A DNA stretch of 55,790 nucleotides, counting the filler, from Sphacelaria rigidula (taxonomy: Eukaryota): the NCBI GenBank assembly GCA_964200075.2. It is 6 parts of 6 records of this genome, joined end to end, with 100 filler letters (N's around TTAATTAATTAA, not from the genome) between each part and the next. Parts side by side here need not be neighbours in the genome. Positions count along the whole stretch, not along the records: positions 46,577 to 55,790 come from CAXNAA020009028.1; 5 more parts are not named here. The stretch is one strand, 5' to 3'. The first letter of the stretch is position 1, and the number at the start of each line of letters is the position of its first letter. The position numbers were made by a program, and so were the translations under genes. This document shows positions 46,577 through 55,790 of the stretch, in pieces. Under the pieces are notes generated by a model that worked only from the letters and a program-made list of their open reading frames with translations, was not told where the DNA came from and did no database searches.

Positions 46577-48194
46577 TTTTTTTTTATTTGTCTTGGTAAG
46601 TAAATACCCAACTTCTATTTTTTTTTCCCCCCCCCCCCCCGTGTTCCTGTTTCCTCCCCCCCCCCCCCCCCCCCCTGCAGGATAGGGATTGTTTGGTAGG
46701 TATGAGAATAGAGGAACGAAACTGCGTCCACATGATCAAGATGTCGCGAAAAATACCGAGGTACTCAGTCAGCGCTGACTGAGGAAGTCAGCGGTTGTTG
46801 TGGTTTTGTAGCAACACTCGTGCAGAATGCTCGTGAGGGACGGGGTTGATGAAGTCATGGTACAGAATGTGCGAAAACCTATTGAATTCATAAATTATTC
46901 GTCCGAATGTTGTAAAGTTGAAAAAAATAGAGCAATCAGTAATAAGTGTGGATGTTTTTGGGTGAGCGACCCCGCCAGGTTCACATCACGTTCTCGCCGT
47001 GTGGGGTGGGGTGGGGTGGGGTGGGGTGGGGGATGATTAAGTCATGGTACATTGGAGCTTGCTCGAGAAGGCGACGCGCATATGGGCAAAACACGTCGAA
47101 GATTTCGTTCGCTGAACATCTATTCATTCTCGTTCTTCGTAGAGAATGCTGAATGACAACGAGAGTCACCGGCGCTCTTTTGAGGCTTGCAATACTCCCA
47201 ATCGTCTCATAGCACGGTCAGTAGTACACGAGAACAAGGAGGAGGCTACCAAAGTGCAGTGGATCAACAAATAACTTGTGGACTTTTGCCGGTTAATTTT
47301 ACTCTGTTGTGCGTATAAACACGGTGGCTGCAATCTTCGTCTGCTTTTCCCTGCAAGGCTCATCTTCTGCAGATGAAGTAGCTAGCGGTTTTGCACATAC
47401 CCTCCGCCCCTCCAATCAACGCGAATACGAGTACCAACTTTAACACTTGTCGAACATCCAGGTCACCACTAACCACATACAGTAAGTGGCATTGCTTCAG
47501 TAATTAACACACGTACGTGGTCATTTTTAGGGCAGACGGCGTTTCTTTCGTAGCATGCGTGTGTATGCATGAGGACAGGAGAAAAATTGAGAAGAGCGAA
47601 ATCAAAGAAAGACAAAAAAGAAAGGAGGGAAAAATTGTGGTTATTTTAATTCGGTCGTTTTTCGAAAGAACGTTCCAAAGAATTTCCCGAAAGCAATTTT
47701 GTAGCTGTGAAGAGCATTCTTGTTCTTGCGCTTGTTCAGCGCCCACAAGCATCCCATCTACGAGTATTGAATCGGCTTTATTTTCACTTGAAAAATGGAT
47801 ACCAGATGCAAGTGTCCATCTCAGAGCGCTCAAAGGGTTGATCATGCTAGCGCCCAATCGTGCAGTTGCCTTGTTCCGGTAGAAATTAAAACACCTGAAA
47901 TGAAACAGGGAGGTCTGGGCTCGCCGAGCTGTTGCCACGCACATGTCCGTGCCAGAGGCAGTAAATTACAGCAAAGAGTACAGTACAGCACAGCAATCTC
48001 CAAGGGATAGGGAGGTTGCGGGTGCAACCGATGTGTTGACGGAACCTCAGGCAGATGAATCTGCGAGGGCTATGTGATACCGGCAGACACCCCAAATACT
48101 CGAACCCGCCCGCTCAACCATAATCATGGACTACTGCATTTGTCATACTCCATAACAGAACGTTTGTATGAGAATTTCTCTGTACTGTAATTGA

Positions 48195-48910
48195 CCCTTA
48201 GACAGCGACCCCCCCGCAGGTGGGCTGTGGTGAATTGTGCCACATTTGGGGTTCAGAACAGCTCTTTTCTCGCTACACAAAAACGCCATTTTCATAAACA
48301 TGTGGGTGTTCGGCACCTACATGGAGAACAGTCCCGGAGAACCCCTGACCGGTTGTAACGCTGTAGTCAATTTCGTGCAGTCAGTACTGTAGGTGTGCTG
48401 TATGTCTTCGCTGGACACTACGGCAAGAACCGGTCAGCGTGCTACCTATATCGCTCTCCACTGAACACAGTCTACTGCATGCTGCTGATATCTCTGCTTG
48501 GTGTTCCACAACAACACTACATACAGTGTAAAGCTATACTGGCGACACAAGAGGGGTCAGGCAGGCGGCATGGACCACGAGCAGAGAAAAACCCACGTTC
48601 TTTGTGTCCATGTTATTTATGGTTGAATTTTCAGTACCAAAATGCGAAGTATGGCTGAACAGCGAGGTTATTCACCTGTCGAGGAACAAAGTGACCATTT
48701 TAATAGCCGTAATTGGTCGTAATGGTCTCTCCGCTCCTCTCGGGCCTCGTCCCTAGCTCTTGAAATCCCGTGAGAATTTTCCAAACACACATGGTTGACA
48801 TGACAAACTTTCCGGCTGTCCTGCAAACAGACCCTCATCCCCTGTAAAAAAGCCCCCCCCCCCCTCCCCCGCCAGTGAACTATTCCGAGGCGATGCTCGC
48901 TGCCTAATGG
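48195..48910. mobile_element. Non-autonomous piggyBac-like element, long form
   Basis: TTGA|CCCTTAGACAGCGA...TCGCTGCCTAATGG|TTAA; collinear with 20252-20969. Confidence 0.82.
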
Positions 48911-49839
48911 TTAAGCGCCTAGAGTGCATACAAATAGGGGTATCATTGACGCATATAATTGCCATACTCTAAATATCCCCGGAACGGTCAGGATGGATTA
49001 TTGGAACAAAACTCGTTTGTGCTGTGAAGGATTTGACAGAGCGAAATAAGGGCTGTCGTTCCTTTGACCGCCATGCTGGGTCATTTGTTGAGTCGGCACC
49101 ATTTTTTTCACTCGGGAAATGAATGGAAGACCGAGATAACCTTCCCACCCACCCACCCACTCTGGCTGCCAAACGGTTGAAACATAGTCTTCTAACGCCC
49201 GCAGATGAAACCGTCACTCGTGATTCTTCCCCTCATTCTGCGAATGAACGTGGTGCCGATTTACTTGATGTTAACACGTGTGTGGTCACAGAGATGAAGT
49301 CAACATCGTACGTGCCGCCCATTTCCATAACGGGGTAGGTACCGCAGGTGACGTGATGACATACAATATAGTCCCCCCCACCAGGTGGCCGTGTTTTCCC
49401 ATTTAGATTTCCTTGCCTGTACTACACGGTCTCGCACTGCTAATGCAATTTTTTTCTGCTCGAAGATCTCGAACGAGATCCATCCTGTATGCAACCAACG
49501 TTTAGGGCTGTGGCCCCTCCAGTTCTTGTCTCAGCAGTAATATCATGTACCAAACGTGTGTACCCTGTTCCCCCCTCCCCCCTCGCCTTCGCCTTCACTC
49601 CACCTCAGTTCTCCCCGATGGCGAACAATCCTATAGGCCATGGTCTATGCAGTTGATTCTCTCGCGCTGAGGAAAACATACCTTCTACGTACTCATCTTG
49701 CGTATTCGCCCCTCCCCCCCTTCCTCTCGCTGCCCCGCGTAGTGTTTCTTCCTGCTGCGAGGTGCTGTACGTCGGGGACGCTGTGGTCCGGGGGAAATCT
49801 TCGGGTCTGTGCTTCCATGCTGGTCTAACCGCTCCCCAG

Positions 49840-49879
49840 GCACAAGCCATCGCCGTCGAGGCAGCAGAGTCACGCACGG
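49840..49879 (+). CDS. PAP/fibrillin-like protein, exon a (AQAIAVEAAESRT)
   Basis: CTAAC branch point, CCCCAG acceptor, GTACGT donor; phase fits next exon. Confidence 0.65.
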
Positions 49880-50552
49880 GTACGTCGTTACTTATACACT
49901 ACACTGCACTGCACGGCACTACGCTACAGTGCGTACAGAGCGAGTAGAGCACCTGACGTCCTTGCTCATTCGTTTGTCTGTCATGAGCTCGAAGAGGGGC
50001 GGAGAAACGGTGTGCTGCGCCCTCTTGTCTACGCTTATATATATATACTCCAGTATATATGAATATTGTCTTCAGCGCGATATTGCTATCCATGGGGGTG
50101 CAGCGAGAACAGCGGCATCGTCAGCACACTTGACGGGCACGCGTGCTATTTTGCCCTACAGTATGCTATACTATTGTAGGAACCCCGCAATGACCACCAG
50201 GGGCGTTAGTTTCATATGTCATGACTGTACAATGTTGTGGTAACTGTCTCGCCCAAACACATGAATATTTTCAAGCAACTGCAAAACCATTGTGTGACCC
50301 TTCATGTCGACATATTTTTCTTCCTGACGTGCCCGTTTCCTCTTTTTAGTTTCCCCCCGTTATGCAGCTCGCCGACGGAAACGTATCACGCATGTCCTCA
50401 TGTACGTGAACAAGAGTGAGGGGTTGGTGTGTCGAGGGATCTAAAAAAATAGTTTTTTTTCGTACGATCCCACCAGCCTTCACTCGTGTCGCTTGTTTTG
50501 CTGTTGCTACTGTATCTCTTGTTCGTGTGCTCTTTGTCGCTCCTCTTCGCAG

Positions 50553-50624
50553 TGCCCAAATCGACGTTGACGGATGCTCTCAGTTGCCTCGCACATGCTT
50601 CGCAGTCTCGCGCGGACGATTCTG
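50553..50624 (+). CDS. PAP/fibrillin-like protein, exon b (VPKSTLTDALSCLAHASQSRADDS)
   Basis: Pyrimidine tract + GCAG, GTGAGC donor, phase 1-1. Confidence 0.7.
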
Positions 50625-51691
50625 GTGAGCGAGCGAGCCCTTGAGCTGGCCACGACTGCAGGCTTGATTATTTGCCGTAATGTAGCAAAACATATGAAAA
50701 ACGTCGATGGAGGTCTCTCTTTCTTAGGGGAGAGGGAGGGCGGCGAAAACTATTCGAATACTGTCAATATAGATGTGGAGAGCACGCCCCGGACCTACCT
50801 GGGGTTCTACAACTCGGGTCCCCTATGCGACGTCTACGAATGGGTTTTCCCTCATCTTATCGAGGAGCTCGCGTGTAGCTAATCCGTTTGCCAGTGGATG
50901 ATTCTCGACCCTCATCGCACGAAAACCCAAACTCAACAACCACTGCAACGACACAGCGTCCGTGTTAGCTAGTCTTCCGTGGGAGCACACTATACCCACG
51001 GTGGTGTCACATGGTGTGGTCTGCAGATCTTCATTGTACAGTGAACACTGTGTTCATCGAACCACAAGCGGTTCGAGTATCAATTCTGTACGACTTCATC
51101 GGTAACCCCTCGAACCCCTCCCTTCCTCCCCCGACGAGACTGTCATCGAGGTCATGACCCTGGTTCGTCGTCCCACTACTTTCGTACGTACGAACCTTTC
51201 TATCTGTGTCACCCCTTACACCGTAGGAGGGAAAACCGTAAATCCGAGCAACCTTTGCTGTCGTTCTTTCGGCATAAAGGTCAATTCCGTAAGCAAGCCG
51301 TTGTTGAACAACGGCGTTGAAGCAGAAAACACTGGCCAAATGGAATGCTCCCCCCGCAGAGGTCTCGAGTCGTTTTGACACATGGCATACCGCTGTGATA
51401 CTCGTAAACTGTTTTTGTTGTCATGGCCACGTGGATATAGGTGTGTCATGTGCTCTCCCAGACGACGTCAGCGGTGTATTCCATACCCTGAACGAAGGCC
51501 CTTGATCCTTGTGGCGCGCTTTGTCTGTGGTCCACAGATTATAACCCCTCACCCACCTTCACCCCCATCTCCCTTTGAGGACTGGCGTCGGTTGATAACG
51601 AGGCTTCAAAAAACGCCCCCACTTCTTAACTAGACAACCAGGCTACGGTTTGTGTTTCGCACTTGCTTTTTTTTTTATGGTAACCATATTG

Positions 51692-52104
51692 TAGTCGAGC
51701 TAGATCATATCGTCGTGCCGGGTAGGAGAGAACCGAAACTCGGCACAAGGAGGATGATCGCACTACGTAGTGTTTGCATAGTTGGACACCAACGAAGCAG
51801 TGTGTAACCCGTGGTTGTCTCTGGAAGTGACAATACCAGAAAATGAAGCAACTCGTTGTAGGCTGCAGTCCATATGCAAGATGATCAGTACGCTTCGGGC
51901 TGAACAATGTCAGCAGGATGCACAGCTCACCTTTCATGCGACCCGTCGAACACGTCACGGCGCCTCGCGCTTGGTAATTGATTGCGAGCCTGATCCGGCG
52001 GAAACCCGGCGTGCTCCACCCCGGCTTTGTAGAGATGCGAGATCACTGGGCACATGACTATGGCATGCAATATCATGAGGACGCTCCCCCTCGCCCCCCC
52101 CCCC
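51692..52104 (+). repeat. Family D, full body with C-tract end
   Basis: Collinear with 16357-16760. Confidence 0.85.
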
Positions 52105-52124
52105 GTCCTCTTCATAAACCACAG

Positions 52125-52230
52125 GTCCGATCCTTGCAGCAGACATGGATGGCGTATGGCGCCTGTGCTTCTCGAGCGCGGATGACTTTCTGCCGGGGAT
52201 CAATGTGGACAAGCACGGCTACATCGACAG
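52125..52230 (+). CDS. PAP/fibrillin-like protein, exon c (GPILAADMDGVWRLCFSSADDFLPGINVDKHGYIDR)
   Basis: CACAG/GTCAAT boundaries, phase 1-2; DGVWRLCFSS matches the fibrillin/lipocalin L.G.W.L.(F/Y)T motif. Confidence 0.72.
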
Positions 52231-52483
52231 GTCAATTTAACCCGCCGTGTTTCGTGTTGTCAATATGTGCTGATTCACCAACCAATTAATCTATATCGAA
52301 GATTTTCTGTTTTTGGTCCTTCAGATGTAGCAATGAATGAAGGCACCTGCTACAACGAAATATCCCGAAATCTTTTGCAAGGTCAAGAAGGGAGAGGGAG
52401 AGTTTTCGAAAACAGTCAGGAGAGAATATTTTCGGCCGGTTCAATCTTTCGTGAGGTCGCCCGTACCAGCACTTTCATGCTAA

Positions 52484-52581
52484 CCCTTCGACGGTGAGGG
52501 TAGTCTATCTGGATCATGCATGCCTTCTTCGAGTGAGTTTGATGCCGATTCAACAGATGACCTGCTGTCGCCGTCCGAGGC
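52484..52581. mobile_element. piggyBac-like mini element
   Basis: CTAA|CCCTTCGAC start; core TTGATGCCGATTCAACAG. Confidence 0.6.
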
Positions 52582-53626
52582 CTGACTACCCGCACCCCCT
52601 CGAGGCGGACTCGTGTCTCTGTCCGACGTCCTCTTAGCCGTGCGTCGTGCAGTCGGGCAACGCACCGCTATTAGCACAGCAGAAGAACGAATCACTACTT
52701 GGCGCAAGGAAATGTTCATGACCAGAAGAACATTAGAACCCTCCTCTCGAAAGTTTTATGCCGCATGTGCACACGCGTGCCACTCTTGGTATATTGAGTG
52801 GCCAGATATTTCGTTTTGTTTTGTTTTTCTGTTGGGGAAACTGCAGTTTTTTTTGTTTGGTGTTTGAGGGTCTGTTCCGTACGCATTTGTCGACATATAT
52901 ATACACGTTTTTTCGGGACACTTTCGGGGCTACCCTAACCCATTGAACACCTCTTTTTGTTTCTGCTTTGTTTCTAAGCATGCACGCCTCTGCTACATGT
53001 GTGCAGGTGTGTCTTCTTGTTTCCCGTCATTTCTTTTCAAGATACTCACAGGTTGGTTTATGCAACACGTGCGGTTCTCCTGAAGCGTGAACATGTGATT
53101 TTCGTTTGTACGAATGTTTTTTTTAATATGTTTTGTTCATGAAATAAAGCTGGCCATCGAAGAAAACGCGAACACACGCTACACGACGAGCACAGTCACC
53201 AACACAACAAATGTAATCACCAAACTTCGAACGCTATGTATATGTATGTGTGTGTGCTCATGTAGGAAGGTTCGGGCCTTTCCCGTTTGGGCGCTCACGT
53301 TACCTTTGCCAAGTGGAGAATGATGCCGATTCATGAGGGTGATTAAGGGATGACAATGTAACCGGGGTGTTGGGGGTGGGGAGGGGGGATGTATGTGGCG
53401 AAAATTTTGTCCTACTTCCTGTGTTCTTCTGCTGTGCTTCTTTCAAGGATGACTACACCCTCCGCCACCCCCAGTCGTCCCCGCCAATAATACCATATGT
53501 TGCCATGATCCACTGTCGTGGTCTGGCTGTCATGATCCATTCATGTCATTATCATCTATGCTGTGAGCACGGCTGGACTCTTAGGAAATCAGCTATTGTG
53601 GGGCAATCGCTCAATCAATCAATCCC

Positions 53627-53627
<1 letters not shown>

Positions 53628-53673
<46 letters not shown>
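53628..53673. repeat. (GTT)n microsatellite
   Basis: Direct reading. Confidence 0.97.
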
Positions 53674-53674
<1 letters not shown>

Positions 53675-53697
53675 TCTTCGGATTGCTCGTCTTCCAG

Positions 53698-53851
53698 GAT
53701 GCAGCAGGTGGACGTCAGCTTTGACTCAACGCGCGGCGAGTTCGTGATGGGCACCAGAGGCCTCGATGACGTCGTGCCTGAGATCATGAAGGGCCCCTTG
53801 TCGTACTCTGCTGATAAGGCCACTACTGTCGCGGGCACGTTCGATTCGGAG
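53698..53851 (+). CDS. PAP/fibrillin-like protein, exon d (MQQVDVSFDSTRGEFVMGTRGLDDVVPEIMKGPLSYSADKATTVAGTFDSE)
   Basis: TTCCAG acceptor, GAG|GTCAGT donor, phase 2-0 continuing exon c. Confidence 0.72.
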
Positions 53852-54264
53852 GTCAGTCCCTCATTGCCGTGTTAATCTGGTTATTGGATAGGACGGAGTC
53901 GGTCAGTGATTTGTTTGATGCTTCGTGTTCCACGAGTCACTATATAGTCGAAGGGTCGGGGGTGGGGGAGGGGGACGTACCATTTGTTACGCGCGCGCGG
54001 GGGGGGGGGGTTCGAAGGCAGACTATATACTCAATTTTGGGGATTACAGACATCACCAAAATCTGCAGAAAACGGGAAAAGATTTGTTGTTGTTACAACA
54101 GTATTGCGGTCTCGATGTGATGCGATGGACTTGCTGTGCGGCCGAGATTGTAGACATGCATGCGCTTGTGATAACTTTTCTTTAAACGTGTTGGGGTGAT
54201 TTCTTTCTTTTTATTTCGTCATATTTTCAACCCCCACCCTCCCCCCGGCCCCCACACACACATT

Positions 54265-54557
54265 GTGAGACACCCATTACGCAGTGTGTCATCTATGGTT
54301 GCTTCTGGAAGTGGTGATACCAAAAAACGAAGCAACGCATTGGAGACTGTCCTCCATATGCAAGATAATCATCACGCTTCGGGCCGAACAATCTTAGCAG
54401 GATGCAGCTCAACCTTCATTTGACTCGCTGAATACGTCATGGCGCTTCACGCTTGATAGCCTGATCCGGGGAAAACCCGGCGAGCTCTGCCCCGGCTTTG
54501 TAGGGATGCGATGGCAATGGCCACGTGACCACGGCATGCAAGATCATGAGTACCCCC
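54265..54557 (+). repeat. Family D copy
   Basis: Aligns with 51785-52085. Confidence 0.8.
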
Positions 54558-54755
54558 ACACACACACTCACACGCGCTCCCGTTACCCTTACCGGGACGA
54601 ATCCCTCATCTCAAGGGATCACCCGATCGTTGGGAGTGGGCACGATGAAAACGCTCTCATCGTTTTTCTCCGCGTTTGCTACTTTTTTTTCTCGCCATAA
54701 CTTGACTTACTCTCCTATGTGTAACCCAGGGCCACTCCTACTACTCGTATCGCCA

Positions 54756-54921
54756 GGGGGGGGGGGGGGGGGGGGGGCCCCCCTTTTTTTTTTTGCCTGG
54801 GTGGTTTGACCATTGACCACACCCCCAGAGGGGGAGGCCCCCCGTCTNNNNNNNNNNCCCCTTCTTCCTCCACTCCTTTTCGTTCCTCCCTGGCCGCGCT
54901 GCCCCCCGCCCCCTCCTCTGT

Positions 54922-54954
<33 letters not shown>

Positions 54955-55018
54955 GCGTACTCATTCGTTGCTTGCCTTGGTCGTTTGACCATTGACCACA
55001 CATCCCTTTCGAGACGGA
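54756..55018 (-). repeat. Family E modules with long G-runs
   Basis: GTACTCATTCGTTGCTTGCCTTGGTCGTTTGACCATTGACCAC.CATCCCTTTCGAGACGGA; second partial copy near 54795. Confidence 0.8.
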
Positions 55019-55790
55019 GAAAAATATCGAAGACATGCAGGGATGACGTGAAAGAAGGAGCCCCCAAGTTTATTCTTGGCATCAGATTGATGATTGATTG
55101 ATTGATTGTCGCACTTTAACTGACGCCCCAGGGGTCCAGTCGTGGTTTCATGACAGACGTACCCAACAAAAACGAAACTGAAACACGCTCTGAGAAAAAG
55201 AATACTATTTGCATATATCATATACCACAAGTTATGAAAAACAAGGAACAGCACCAGGGCTTTCAACGTGGTCCCCCACCGCAGTACTAGCCTAGCCAGT
55301 CGCCGTTAACTTCAGAGAGCGGACGAGATATGGTACTATCGACGTGGCATGGCCGTTCCTCCTCGCTGAGGGTGGGTGAGGGGGTTCGGGGCGGGGGGGG
55401 GTGTACTCGTGATCACGCATGCCATAGTCATGGATGGGGGGGGGGGGGGAAGAGGAAGAGGTAAATATATTGCTACTTGCTTCATGGAGTACGAAAATGA
55501 TGACAATGCCAGAGAGAGGTCGCCCAAAGCGTTACATTTTTCAACAAATCTTGAGTTCAAGTGATCAATCAATCAATTCAATCACGATATGTGTACCTCT
55601 CTCTCTCTCTCTCTTTCTGTTTTTTCTCGCTTGCTCTTGAGCTTTCCCGGGAAGAGGTGATGATGAGCAATGGCAACATTTCCCCCGCCTCTAAACCGGT
55701 TCATGCTCTTGAACCGCGTATCCACATCGTCCTCTCACCCTCTTCCCGGCCCCCTCTACGTATCACGCCCGCTTTCCCGCGACACCCCGC

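Noticed and set aside
50773..50882. Extra exon with GFYNSG (Ap4A phosphorylase-like)
   Set aside because: Lacks the following GASQ.H.H motif; the fibrillin exons join in frame without it.

Overview
Eukaryotic, intron- and repeat-rich DNA, most consistent with a brown alga or related stramenopile. This is an inference from short GT-AG exons in long introns, TTAGGG repeats, a bipartite plastid-targeting N-terminus and a fibrillin-like gene. The window is not one locus. It is six unlinked contigs of 9216, 9215, 9215, 9215, 9215 and 9214 bp joined by 100-nt N spacers carrying TTAATTAATTAA, so nothing can be inferred across gaps. Gene content is fragmentary: WDR24 first exon, four exons of a PAP/fibrillin-like protein, one class I haem-peroxidase (APX-like) exon, a plastid-targeted first exon and several unidentified exons. 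Most of the rest is mobile DNA: a decayed Ty3/Gypsy element, two LINE fragments, tRNA-derived SINE families, and Stowaway-like, piggyBac-like, hAT-like and Harbinger-like non-autonomous elements, several of them long palindromes. I found no convincing new multi-gene system. The best leads are unusual repeat architectures (TIR element carrying telomeric repeats, C-tract-capped modular repeat, two-size piggyBac family, BED-retaining hAT) and a pre-miRNA-like hairpin.
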